DNA from: Octopus vulgaris
Lineage: Eukaryota
Reading direction: 5' to 3'
Assembly: GCA_951406725.2 (NCBI GenBank)
Contig: OX597816.1
Span: forward strand, 174,096,001-174,160,000
Length of the DNA: 64,000 bases
Below are positions 40,637-54,042 of the stretch, piece by piece. Every line of letters begins with the position of its first letter. Position 1 is the first letter of the stretch. The position numbers and the translations under genes were made by a program. The notes beneath the pieces were generated by a model. It saw only the letters and a program-made list of their open reading frames with translations. It ran no database searches and was not told where the DNA came from.

Positions 40637-40671
<35 letters not shown>

Positions 40672-41129
40672 TCTACTACCACAACAATTGCCAATACCAC
40701 ATTCAAAACCACAATTAGACTACCACTACCACCACTACTATCACTTCACACTAGTTCTTCACTACTGCACAGAACATTTGTTTGACGCTATTTCTATAAA
40801 GAGCAAACAGTCAATATATGTCACAAGTGACAATATACACTTGAGTGACATTAAAGTTACTTGGAGACAGAGCACATTTAAAACAGACACTTAAAAGATG
40901 AAATATTGATTTCTCATACAGACACAAGGTCACAACAGATTTATAATAGAGTTAAATGACAAGGATATTTTAGTACTGCAAAGTGATAGTTAAGCTTGTA
41001 AGTAAAAGTAAACTAAATCTTGCAATGTAGTTTCAATTCTTGTTTGAACCCTTTCAATACATTGGCTCATTGTGCTTGCAGTTTCTGACAATAGTCAATA
41101 GTCTAAGCAAAGTAAATCTCAGTGAAATG

Positions 41130-41175
<46 letters not shown>

Positions 41176-41269
41176 TAAAATCGAATCAGATACCATTGCG
41201 ATACATACTTAATAGATGATCCTTTCTGTGGCCAGTTACTATTGTCTGACTGCTTGTTTACCTATGATG

Positions 41270-44110
41270 CAGAAGCTTCTCATTGGAATAAGAGGAAAGC
41301 ATCAATATATGATAGAAGGATTTAAGTAGGATTGAGGAAGTAAGGAGTGGTAATATGAGACTCAATGAAAGAGATGAGAATTACATGAATAAGAAATACC
41401 ACCAGGTGGATAAGAGAACTCTAGTTATATTGGATATGTTAAAACAAAAGATTAAAGCAAATGCAGTTAAGATCAAAAGATACAAGGGAAGATGTCTACA
41501 GTTTAAACAAAATCAACTGTTTAGAATAAATCAGAAGCTAGGTTCCCAACTTCTGGCTGAAACATCTCACCAGTACCCATACTTCCATAGTAGAAGTATT
41601 AAATTGATTAATAAGCAAGCCAGAATCAACACCAAACTGGATGCTAGAAGGACAAACCACATTAAAGTCCCAAAAACAAAGACACTGTACACCCACAAAA
41701 TTATAGGCCAATAACATGCCTATCAACATCCTACAAAACCCTCACATCAGTTATATATAACTGGTTTATAAAACAAATGGAAAATAAAGTTTTACCAGAA
41801 GAACAAAAAGGGTGCTGGAGAGGGATGTATGGTTGTAAGGAGTAACTTCTGGTAAACTAAGCCATTATAGAGGACTGTAAGAAGAGAAAGACAAACCTGA
41901 ACATGACTTGGAGTGATTACCATAAAGCATTTGACAGTGTTCCATACTCGTGTATACTGGAATCTCTCCATACAAATAAAGTGGCTCGAATACTACTAAA
42001 ATATATCAAACATGTAATGGCAAACTGGAATACCACTATAACACAGAAAAATGAATCACAACTTATTAAAACCTACCCTATGCCCATAACTAGAGGGATT
42101 TTCCAAGGAGACTTGCTGTCATCTCTGCTTATCTGCCTTGCTCTGACTCCCCTAACAAACTTGTAAAATGAAACTACCACTGGTTATAGATACTATGGAC
42201 AAACAATAAACCATCTCCCGTATATGGATGATTTAAGCGTTTTCATTAAAAATACCACAGAACAGAAAAACCTTCTAAAATTGTCCATAGTTTCAGCAAC
42301 GACATTGGGATGAGCATGGAGCTGAACAAATGTGCCAAAGGGACACTGAGAAGAGGCAAATTAATCAGCACTGAACACACTGCACTCGACATAGACACAG
42401 AAATCACAGAATTAGATCACGATTGCCCATACAAATATCTAGGAATAGATGAAACAGCGAAAATACAACACACAGGAATGAAAGGGAGAGTTAGAAGAGA
42501 GTATTACAGAAGAGTTAGACTAATATTAAACACTGAACTCAATGCTAAAAATAAGATAATAGGGATAAACACACTAACCATATCAGTAATAAATTACAGC
42601 TTTAACGCAACTAACTGGAAGATCAGTGAATTGAAAAACTTATATAGAAAAACCAGAAAATTATTAACAGCATACTGAAGTATCTCCTCAAAGTAGACAC
42701 AGATAGAATATATCTGTCTGTGAAAAGGAGGCTATGACCAAACATAGAAAGTGAACTACTATAAAATAACAACAGTTGGACTAGAAAAGTACTTAGAAAC
42801 AAAAAGTGGAAGATGTAATAGAGCAACATGAGAAAAATAAAATGTTTTTCTCTATACACAAGGAGGCAACAAAATACAAAACAGTGGCTGTGTGGTAAGT
42901 AGCTTGCTAACCAACCACATGGTTCTGGGTTCAGTCCCACTGCGTGGCACCTTGGGCAAGTGTCTTCTGCTATAGCCCCGGGCCAACCAATGCCTTGTGA
43001 GTGGATTTGGTAGACGGAAACTGAGAGAAGCCTGTCATATATATGTATATATATGTATGTGTGTGTGTGTGTGTTTGTGTGTCTGTGATTGTCCCCCTAG
43101 GGCTAGTATGTTTATGTCCCCGTCACTTAGCGGTTCGGCAAAAGAGACCGATAGAATAAGTACTGGGCTTACAAAGAATAAGTCCCGGGGTCGATTTGCT
43201 TAACTAAAGGCGGTGCTCCAGCATGGCCGCAGTCGAATGACTGAAACAAGTAAAAGAGTAAAGAGTAAAGAGTACACTGATACACTGACCTCAGATGACA
43301 ATATAGCAAAAATGACCAAAGAGACAAAAAACAATATGAAAACAGAACTACAAAACCTACTAAAGAAGAAATGGAGAGAAAAATCACTCCATATTCAATA
43401 CCCTGCAAGGCTTGACAGAGAAGAGTGAGCCTAAGTAAAAGCCAACAATGGCTCAAAAGCCCTAGGCTAAAAATGGAAGGACTGATTCTCACTGTACAAG
43501 ACCAATACCTGACCACAAACAACTATAAAAGCAAAATAATGAAAACGGGCCCTCACACCAAATGCAGAAGATGCAACCAGCACAATGAGACAGTTGACCA
43601 CATCATCTCCTGCTGTCCAGACCCTGCCAAATCTGAATAAATATATATATATATATATATACAGACATGACCAAGTAAGTAGTTATGTCCACTGGACAAT
43701 ATACCAACACTACAACATAAAAACTTACAATAAATAATATAAACATGTGTCAAACAAGATACATGACAATAACCAGGCCACAATCATCTGAGATATGCCT
43801 GTTCAGACTGACAAAGAAATAAAAGCTAATTGCCCCGGCATAATAATACTGAAAGACATTGCTGTCCCTTCTGACCAAAATAATACCCAAAAAGAAGTGG
43901 AGAAATTGTCAAAGAATAAAGATTTTGAAATTGAAATATTCAAGATGTGAGGCATGAAGATAAAAACAATACCAGTAATAAGTGGAGCTTTGGGTATGAT
44001 AAAAGAATGTAGAAGCTATACCTGGACCCTCAACACTACACCCTATGCAAAAAATAGCCCCACTAGGAACAGCCCACATCCTACACACCACACTATCAAT
44101 CCAATAATAC
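41270..44110 (+). mobile_element. R4/Dong-like LINE (RT, zinc knuckle and RLE), decayed
   Basis: EEQKGC, DYHKAFDSVP, GIFQGDLLS, YMDDL, YKYLG, KCRRC...ETVDHIISCCP, RHD and IPVIVELW/GALG remnants. Many stops. Confidence 0.85.
42882..43272 (+). mobile_element. SINE family B nested in the R4-like LINE
   Basis: Colinear with 4182-4593. Confidence 0.9.
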
Positions 44111-44951
44111 AACCCAAATAAAATGCAAGATACACTCTATATAGCAAATATCCAATAAAATAAACAACCACCAGCAGGCTCATATGCAATGCATTGCACA
44201 CACAATATGCAGTACAAACACTCATCATCATCATCATTTAATGTCTGCTTTCCATGCTGGCATGGGTTGAAGGGTTTGACTGAAAACTGGTAATCCTTGG
44301 AGGGCTGCACCAGGTTCTAATCTGATTTGGCAAGGTTTCTACAGCTGGATGCCCTAAACCAACAAAAGACTGCACCAAACTGATGCAATACAATACTGAG
44401 AAGAGTTTGCACTCCCCCAACAACAAAAAAAGGAACACACAATGTGGCACACATCCCAGTAATACAGAGTAATACAGCAGGTGATGCAGTTGAAATTTAC
44501 TTGAAACTACCAAACATTAAATAATATTTTCCAGCATAATTACAAAATTACAAATCTTATAGAAGAGAACAGGTGATTAATTCAGCTTTATTACTTAACA
44601 GGTACTCCTTTTATTAATTCCTGAAGAACAAAAAAAAAATAAATAACATTGGCAGGATTTGAATTCAGAATATAAAAGGATAGGACTAAAACCTAAAAAG
44701 TAGGCCTGATTTAAAAAAACAAAAACACCTAATAAGGAATATTTTAATTTTTGTGTATGAACAGACCTCTAGCTTCATGGTTTTACCACAAGACTAACAA
44801 TTTACCTAAATATCTTGTATTCTTATGAATGGCTTCCCTTGAAGCCAATTTACTTCGATAAGCTTATTTTATAATATACTTTTATATATTTTTCACGTTC
44901 TTTGAAATTTTGTTTTTTATATTTTTTTACTTTAATGTATTTATCTTTGGT

Positions 44952-45325
44952 TGGAAGCACTCCGTCAGTTACGACGACGAGGGTTCCGGTTGATCCGAAT
45001 CAACGGAACAGCCTGCTCGTGAAAATCACGTGTAAGTGGCTGAGCACTCCACAGACACGTGTACCCTTAACGTAGTTCTCAGGGATATTCAGCATGACAC
45101 AGAGAGTGACAAGGCTGGCCCTTTGAAATACAGGTACAACAGAAACAGGAAGTAAGAGTGAGAGAAAGTTGTGGTGAAAGAGTACAGCAGGGATCACCAC
45201 CATCCCCGCTGGAGCCTCGTGGAGCTTTAGGTGTTTTCGCTCAATAAACACTCACAACGCCCGGTCTGGGAATCGAAACCGCGATCCTATGACCGCTGCC
45301 CTAACCACAGGGTCATTGCGCCTCC
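44952..45325 (-). mobile_element. SINE family A
   Basis: Reverse complement of the 5294 copy. TSD tgtatttatct. Confidence 0.9.
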
Positions 45326-46011
45326 TGTATTTATCTATAGCTTCTTTCTCTGAATTTGTATTTTGGACCACCATGAATTGTTCTGAAGATTAATCTGTTA
45401 GTTTACTTTTCAGCACATTTTACATATGGGTGTACGCATACAGTAATACCTCCCTTTATGAAGACCCACTTTTATGATAAATGTAAAAAGATTAAACAGT
45501 GGATAAAGCCTTGGAAATTTTTCAAGCACAAGATCCAAATTTTGAACAAAGTGCAAAAGTTTCTACTACCATAACAAATGCTTCTGCATGTCACCAAGAA
45601 ATTTATAGAGTGTGAAAAAGAGCTTCTAAGTAAACAACTCTAGACTTATTTTTTTTAAAATATCTTTATGTCCATCTACAAGTGCTTGTGGATCGGCAAT
45701 TGTGTCTACAAATGATGGTTTGCGTGAGTATAGTGCAAGTGAAAGTGATTCAAAAAGCAATTATAATAATAATATTTATTATTATAAATGAACTTGATAT
45801 TCTTTTTACTTTACATAAAATATCCTTTATATTCTACTGTTATTTTATTGTCATTTATTTATGAGTATTATAAATTTTAAAGGTAAAATATTTTTCGGGG
45901 AACAAATTATGATTTATAACATTGCTACTATGGGAAATTATTGCTCTGCTTTACAAGTTTTCACTTTACAAGTGGTCTCCAGGAATGAATTAATTCATAT
46001 ATCGAGGCATT

Positions 46012-46380
46012 AGGAAGCACTCCATCGGTTACGACGACGAGGGTTCCGGTTGATCTGATCGTGAAATTAACGTGTAAGTGGCTGAGCACTCCACAGACAC
46101 GTGTACCCTTAACGTAGTTCTCGGGGATATATTCAGCGTGACACAGAGAGTGACAAGGCTGGCCCTTTGAAATACAGGTACAACAGAAACAGGAAGTAAG
46201 AGTGAGAGAAAGTTGTGGTGAAAGAGTACAGCAGGGATCACCACCATCCCTGCCGGAGCCTCGTGGAGCTTTTAGGTTTTTTCGCTCAATAAACACTCAC
46301 AACGCCCGGTCTGGGAATCGAAACCGCGATCCTACGACCGCGAGTCCACTGCCCTAACCACTGGGCCATTGCGCCTCCAC
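46012..46380 (-). mobile_element. SINE family A
   Basis: TSD atcgaggcatt at 46001-46011 and 46381-46391. Confidence 0.9.
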
Positions 46381-46538
46381 ATCGAGGCATTGCTGTATAT
46401 ATATTTATATGTATATTTTATATATGTGCAAATGTTGGAGTAATATTTATTGTATAACTCACAAAATTATAAAACAACCGTATATGAATGGAATAAGTAT
46501 ATTCTCTCACCCACCTCACTCATCTTATCTGTTTTCAG

Positions 46539-46580
<42 letters not shown>

Positions 46581-46796
46581 ATGCGTGTGTGCTCATACGT
46601 CTGATTTCTATGCTGACATAGATGGATGGTTTGACATGGAGCTGTCCAAATTCTGACGAGTTGTGGCATGGTTTCTACAGCTGGATGCCCTTACTAATGC
46701 TAACCACTTAACAGAGTGTGCTGGGTGCTTTTTATGTGTCACTGTCATGGGTGCATTTATGCAGTGCCAAAACGGGTATGTTAACATAGCACTGGC

Positions 46797-46838
<42 letters not shown>

Positions 46839-47373
46839 CACACACACATCTATAAATGTTTGTTTTATGGTGGCACATAATAAAAACAATTCTATATTAA
46901 AACAAAGGATTATTCAATACTTTTGTAGAGTACACATTTATATTCACATGCTGACTGTGACTTTGAATTTTAGGCTTACTGGCCTTCATTGGACAATCTG
47001 ATCAAAGTTAGAAAACTAAGAAGTATGTGATAGCAAAATGAACTTCTCAACTATCTGGCTATGCTTGCACTCAGCAAGTGTTAACACTTTTACTGAGTTA
47101 TTAGATTATTATATTGCCAGTCAATAGTATGGCAATCTTATCAGTACTACAGTATTAATTAGGTATAATGAGTCAGTAATGCTTATGCGGTAAGAAGGGC
47201 ATTTCATATAACTAAATGAATTGCTTTCTGGGTTTTTTTCTTTTTTTAGTTTTTTCTAACAAGTTCAAATACCCCACAAGAAAAATTAGTGATGGACTAG
47301 ATAGCACCCTACCTATATTGAAGGAGGGAGTTTCAAACTGCTTCCTGGCAAGTACATTAAGCTATGCTCTTAA

Positions 47374-47515
47374 CCCTTTCATTACTGTATTTATTTTGAG
47401 ATGCTCTGTGTTTCTTTCAGTTACTTTAATTATAACAAAGAATTTTGTAAAATAACTTAACTATCATTAGTACTCAGAGCCAGAGCCGGTTTCAGCTAGG
47501 TTGGTAACGAAAGGG
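47374..47515. mobile_element. piggyBac-type MITE family 2, inverted and internally deleted
   Basis: TTAA|ccctttcattac...gtaacgaaaggg|TTAA. Confidence 0.8.
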
Positions 47516-48237
47516 TTAACACAACATACTAACTTCCTCTAAAAGTAATAGTAATGGATAAAAGCAATAAGAAGATGGAATAAGGAATAAGAAAGATGAC
47601 AAAACATTTTCGCATTTTCACTCAAATATAAATTTAGATAAGAAAAGGAAGCAATGCTTGGTGGATAAGGAAAAAGGATAAAAACAATACATGATGGGTA
47701 AAAATAATAAAAGAATTTATGATTGGTGAAACAAACAAATAAAATGAAGTAAAAAGTGACAGAAAATTCCTATGAAGCAATGGAGAACTAAATTTTTCAG
47801 AAATTAAGCTACCTTAATTTCAAAGAAATTAAGAAACAAAATATAGAAAAAGTAATAAGTAAATAGAAGGGAGGAACAGAATGTTAAAATGAATCACTAA
47901 TTTCTCAAAAGCATTTTGATGGTGCTAAAAATCCTAAGGGGCAGTACAAAACACATCAACCTATATTTTAATGGGATGATGTCACTGTTCAAAGCAACTG
48001 CTAGCTATTTTATGGCTGGTAGTTTTGGGAGGTTTTATTAACATTTTATTCATCTATTTATTGTTTCTTTACTTTTTTGTTTGGTAATTTTGCTTTGTAA
48101 TTTTTTCATCATTTAAAACACTCAGCAATTTTTGCAAACTCACATTAGCTACTGAACTAAACTGATGCCTCTGAGATATTGCCCCACATTCTTTTCATGA
48201 AAATGCTTTTGTACATGTAAGAGTGCATGCAAGTAAA

Positions 48238-48273
<36 letters not shown>

Positions 48274-49859
48274 TGTGTGTGTGTGTGTGTGCATGGTTAC
48301 ACATGTATATGCAAAAGCTCATAAGGATCATGTGCCAAATATGAACTAAGTATGTCTCCTATCACACTTTAGTAACTGTAAAAAAAAGATGTAAACATAA
48401 TTACAATTCTGAAAACAACAATGGAATGGCAGAAATAGGTAATGCTCTTCATTATTTAGTTGTATTTTTATATTCAAATTCCAATGAGGTCATCTTTGCC
48501 TTCCAAAATCAATAAAATAAATGCCAGTCAAATACTGGAGTTGATTTAATTTCCACCTTTAAAATTTCTGACTGCATGCCTAATTTACAAATCATCATCA
48601 TCATCATTGTTATTATCATTTAAGATGTCGCACAGTATCCAATATCATGATGTTGTTGAAGGCAGAGAGCTGGTAGAATCATTAGAATACAAGACAAAAC
48701 GCTTAGCAGCACTTTGTCCATCTTTATGTTCTGAGTGCTGGGGTCGATTTATTTGACTAAACCCTTCGTGGCCATGAAAACAAGTAAAAGGTGAAAGACA
48801 AAAATATTACTTATTTTTTCATCTTAGAAAAGGAAGGATAACATCCATGACCTTTTCAGAGCCCCAAGATTTGTGAGAGGTTAGTAGGAAGGTCTCCTCA
48901 TTGTGGAGACCTAGCCTGAATGCTTGCAACAGAGTGAACTCAGCTAAAGATACCCAAGAACCAGGTGGTGGTGTTAAATCAAATGACAGAGTAAGTCTTA
49001 ACTGAGCAAAGGGTGGTCAGCTGAAAGGAAGAATACACCATTGGATCTAAATGCCATATAGTACTTTAGTTTTCTAGGTTCAAATCTCACTCTTATCACC
49101 TTTACCTTGCATTCTAAGAGGGTTAATAAAAATTTATTCACTTTGTGACAGCTAATATGAAAAATAATTCATTTAGAAAGGTGGAATAAATACAAAAGAG
49201 ATTTAAAATCCATAAAGGTTTTCTGTAATTCCGCTAAATTCAAATCCCAGGGATTTTTTTTACTTTCTATACTTTAGAGATAGTAAGTGACAAAGCATAA
49301 GAAGAGGCTAATAAGATAAAATATTGCTTTTACCCACTAGAAAACAAACCAACTATCTGTGAGAGGGAGGGATCATGTGTCAAAGAAAGAACAACATTTA
49401 TGTTACACACTAATTATTCCTATATTCCTGACTCTACTCAAGAAATAAATATCAGTGGAATTAGTTACATTCCTTATGTGCATGAGGAAGGCGGGGCTGT
49501 AAATTACCATATATATATATGTATATTCATATATATACACACACACACACATACATATCTTCATTATAAGATAAGTTAGAAAGAGAATACCCTAAAATAA
49601 ATATAGCAGTTGTTTATTTTTTTGTGTGTAACAACAAATTTAGAGAAATATCATTGGTTTCATATCTAGCATGAACCAGACATATCATCAGTTTCTCTAA
49701 ACAATAGCTGTTCTCTGTAAAAGATGTTTTTAAAAACAGATGAATGCCAGTGATAGTTGAAGGAAAATTCCCTATAAAAATTATGGCCAGGCGAGTTATC
49801 ATCCTTCGCTTGATAGCTAGGTTTTCCTATTTTGAAGTAAAAATTTCCGAAAATGTGGA

Positions 49860-51370
49860 AAACTCCCCACAGCTTCCGTCCTGAAGTTTAGGTGGCCTCC
49901 TGGCTCATGTGAGTTCATTAGGATGATATATCTTTCTGCCATACACAATTTACATAGCTTTGATCTATTGCAATAGCGTCTGCAAGTTTCTAATAATTTC
50001 TACCTGATGTTAAAGTGCATATGATCATCCTTTAGGCACTACATGCATGCTGCAAGTGTCATTATACTGCGTCTCTGCAGCACCCTGAAAGAAGATTTGT
50101 GGTTGTTCAGGCGAATTTTAAATTTGGATTCACAAGATCCAAGATAAATTTGAGTGTGTGTCCCTGTGTTTGCATTGTTGTTACTGTTATTTGTACTGTT
50201 TCTGTTTGAGGATTCCTTTCCTTGGTACACTGTAGCCTCACTGTTACATCAGCTGTCTACTGGGCATTCATTTCTAATCCAGTATATATTTCTTTATTGC
50301 CCACAAGGGGCTAAACATAGAGGGGACAAACAAGGACAGACAAAGGGATTAAGTCGATTACTTCGACCCCAGTGCGCAACTGGTACTTTATTTATCAACC
50401 CCGAAAGGATGAAAGACAAAGTTGACCTTGGCGGAATTTGAACTCACAACGTAACAACAGACGAAATACAGCTACGCATTTCGCCCGGCGCGCTAACGTT
50501 TCTGCCAGCTCGTGTGGTTTAGGAGTGCTAAGTCATTTTTTCCTAACATTGGGTGTGCAACTGAAAGATATCCTTAAATTTTGTGTTAAAGATCTTTCTG
50601 CATTTGTGTGACTGCGTGAAATGCTTATCCACCAACCTAAGAAAAATCTTACCTACGCATGTCCAGACGTTTAGTGAGTAGGGGAGTGAGTGTGAACCAT
50701 AAAGTCTTGCAGCGACATTTCGTGTTATGGTTGCTTGATCCTGGTGTATATACTATATGGTCTTTGAACCTGCTGGCCACTAGCACCTCATTGTAAGCAG
50801 GAGCCGCTGCATTGAAATTATCTTTCATCATCATCATCATCATCATCGTTTAACGTCTGTTTTCCGCACTAGCACGGGTTGGACGGTTCGACCGGGGTCT
50901 GGGAAGCCAGGGGCTGCACCAGGCTCCAGTCTGATCTGGCAGAGTTTCTACAGCTGGATGCCCTTCCTAACGCCAACTACTCCGAGAGTGTAGTGGGTGC
51001 TTTTTACGTGCCACCTGCACAGGTGCCAGAGTGTCCGGCATCAGCCTTTATTTGAAGATAAGTTCAAAATCCATTTACTAATTTTTATTAGGTTTCTGAA
51101 CACTGTGGGTGGGTGGGCGGCAGGAAGCTGTGCTAATGTATGATGGTCTATCATTCAGCTTGCGACATGGTCTGTAGGTGCCACTGTCTAAATCAAGTGT
51201 GACATCCAAGAAGTTCACCATGAAGTTAGTCTCTATGGTGATTTTAAGACCAAGGTTGTTAAGGGTGTGTATAATGTATTTCCTAAAAGTGGTAGTAATA
51301 GTACATTTATGATCATTTCTGTTTACATCATCAGAATGCAGAGTCATATGTAGAGATAAGAAAAGCAAAA
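49860..51370 (-). mobile_element. Decayed Penelope-like element (RT and GIY-YIG) with nested SINE D (about 50288-50512) and RTE 3' end (about 50826-51045)
   Basis: NFLDVTLDLDSGTYRP, FNAAAPAYNEVL, LWFT, YLGSCESKFKIRLNNHKSSF and CKLCMAERYII. Confidence 0.85.
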
Positions 51371-51874
51371 GACATAGGAATACATTGGTAACGAGAATAA
51401 AGACAATGGTGAGTCTTAGATTACAGCAGATTTCTTAGTTGATAATTCTGCTGCGAAGTAGATGAAGGATGGAGGCTGTTTTGATCTGAAGTACCAAGTT
51501 TAACTAAGCACATATTTTCCACGTGTTTATTCTGGCTAGACTTTTCACCTGCGGTGTAAAGAAAAGGGATTGACTCTAACTCATGGTGAAAAGGGAGTTA
51601 ACTCTATCCGGATTACTCAGTCCGGGGTGAGTAAGGAATTTATGTGTCTTTGTAGGAAGTTCATAGTAATGGAAGCCCTGTGTAGGTGTAAAATAATTTA
51701 TTATGGGGTGTGTAAAGCGAGTGGGGGTTTGGAGGTCAATGCTTGCATGTAAGTAGTTTAAGTGGTTCCCGGCTAAATGAGATTATTTAGGTAATCATTA
51801 GGAACGCCTTTGGTTTTAACCATCCCTTAGAAGTTTTAAACACCTCTAACTTATACCTATATATGTATATATAT

Positions 51875-51905
<31 letters not shown>

Positions 51906-51926
51906 TACAAATAAGAAAATGGAGAA

Positions 51927-52050
51927 GCACATGACAAGGCCTAGCGCTATATATAAGTACCTCATTTTCAACTGCCTATTACCTCTATACACTTGACTAA
52001 TATAAGCAGAATGAGATGCTTTTATCTATAGGCTGAAACAGCTGTAAGTG
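51927..52050 (+). ncRNA. Decayed hammerhead, homolog of 33436-33567
   Basis: Same long loop and ggct-GAAA-cagctg-TA. The 5' core is mutated (atgacaa). Confidence 0.6.
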
Positions 52051-52134
52051 ATTTTAATAATTTATATTCATGTTTTTTAATAATTGCTTTTATTCATATT
52101 TTATATGCATAGAATAATATACTATAGGTATGTA

Positions 52135-52199
52135 TGTTATTATTTACCCGCTCTCCTATGCTTCGTGCCGTTTCCCCTACGTATGTCGTTGTCTTACAT

Positions 52200-52200
<1 letters not shown>
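52135..52200 (-). mobile_element. GIY-YIG endonuclease fragment (PLE)
   Basis: [20 protein letters not shown]. Confidence 0.6.
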
Positions 52201-52230
<30 letters not shown>

Positions 52231-52275
52231 GGTATATGTATATATATATATAGGTATATGTGTATATATATATAG

Positions 52276-52330
<55 letters not shown>

Positions 52331-52627
52331 TAGATATATATATATATACACACACACACATACATAATATATATACACACATACACATACACACATATGT
52401 AAAAAGGTTGAATTAGATTCATCCTTTAATTTGGGCTTTTCCAAAAAAAGATTTCTGATATAGACACTTCATATTTTGCTGGTAGCTTACTGGCGTAAAA
52501 TTGCGAATAGGAAAATAATACTTGTATATGGTGTGTTGTGAATTTATGGAAAGAAATCCCATAAAACTCAACAATTTTGATAAAAACGAAGAGAAGATGT
52601 TAAAATATATAAGAGAATTTTAATTCA

Positions 52628-52745
52628 TGCAGACGATCGTTTCATACAGCGATATAAAAATCATGCAAATTCATGGTTGAATTGCATTAATTAAATTAAT
52701 TAGATTAAATTAAATCAATTATATATCAATGTACTCTTCAGTGCA
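52628..52745 (-). ncRNA. Type-I hammerhead ribozyme with extended stem II
   Basis: Minus strand reads tgca-CTGAAGA-gtacattgatata...tatatcgctgtat-GAAA-cgatcg-TC-tgca. Confidence 0.85.
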
Positions 52746-53261
52746 AGAAGTATACAGAAATTTTTTTTTACAAAGGAATTGAGAAAGGAAAAAGCAGAAT
52801 AGGATCTAAGAGATTCATATTTATCCTTATGAGAAAGGAAGATATGTGTGAGTCCAGTTAGGTATTAACTTAAACTAAAGGCTATAACGGTTATTTGAAA
52901 ATATAAGTGAGAGAGGTTTTAGAGATGTTCCCTCTATAGAAGAGTAAGGAGATACGAAATTCTAACTCCAAATAAGTCGTGTAGGGAAAAAATTGTATAG
53001 AAATGTGCAATCAAATTGAATTAAGATATGACCTGAAATGTGCAATTGAATTGAATTAAGATATGACCTGATGGTTAGAAATAATACCTAGTGTGGTATA
53101 TATTTTTTAAAAATTTAACACATGAGAATAAAGTGAAACTAGAGGAGATGAAACTATGAAGGGCTAGTGGATTGTTAACATAAACAAGTGTTATAGAAGT
53201 AACAATGGATTAAAGAGAGAATAAGATGCATAAAATGGACTAGTGTGTGCATAAGAACTAA

Positions 53262-53523
53262 TACATCTCTCACTAACCATTCATCTATCCCTAGTTTCCT
53301 CATTGACCACCAGATAAGGGATCGGGGGACCCTGTCAAAGGCTTTCTCCATGTCAACGAAAGCCAGGTACAGAGGTTTATCTTTGGCTAGGTATTTCTCC
53401 TGCAGCTGTTTTACCAGAAATATAGCATCAGTGGTGCTTTTCCCTGGCATGAACCCAAACTGCATCTCATCTAAACTGAGATGCAGTTTGGGTTTGTGCC
53501 AGGGAAAAGCACCACTGATGCTA
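53262..53523 (-). mobile_element. RTE RT fragment with a fold-back inversion
   Basis: QFGFMPGKSTTDAIFLVKQLQEKYLAKDKPLYLAFVDMEKAFDRVP. About 53423-53470 is inverted at about 53477-53523. Confidence 0.9.
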
Positions 53524-53769
53524 CAATCTCCTATAAAAACTTACAAGGAAAAAATTGTTAGTATATTTAATTATATGTGAGTTGAGGAATATCTGCACAT
53601 TAGTATATATAGATAGAGGAATTCCAGTTGTTTTTTGATTAGGGAATACATAAAGAAAGGAACACTGTATACAAGTATATATACTCATACTGGTGCAAAG
53701 GGAGAAAAAGAAATGAGCAACTATGCCTCGTTTCACATGGATGTCACAAAGATGGTAGCAGTGTGCAAG

Positions 53770-54042
53770 AGCGTCGGCTGCGGGGTCACTCCGAAAAGCT
53801 CTATCTGTGACGATTTCATCTCAATCGAAGGAGAGGGGCTTTCTCTGTCCGGGTTGCAGATCCGTGGAATAAGCTGCTGGACGAGATAGTGAAGATGCCG
53901 ACGACTGTTTGGTTCAAGGTCTCTCTTGACCAGAAATGGCCTGAACTCTTTGCATGAACACCACCCTGTACATAACTCCATGTCCCCCTACATGGCCTTG
54001 CATTTTGCTTTTCGAGCCAAAAAATTAACTTAACTTAACTAA
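53770..54042 (+). mobile_element. CR1/L2-group LINE 3' end
   Basis: LRGHSEKL...RRRGAFSVRVADPWNKL...FKVSLD and a (TTAAC)n tail. Confidence 0.8.

Noticed and set aside
53000-53070. 34-bp tandem duplication (similar ones at about 410-475 and 54770-54915)
   Set aside because: These are ordinary slippage duplications with no further structure.
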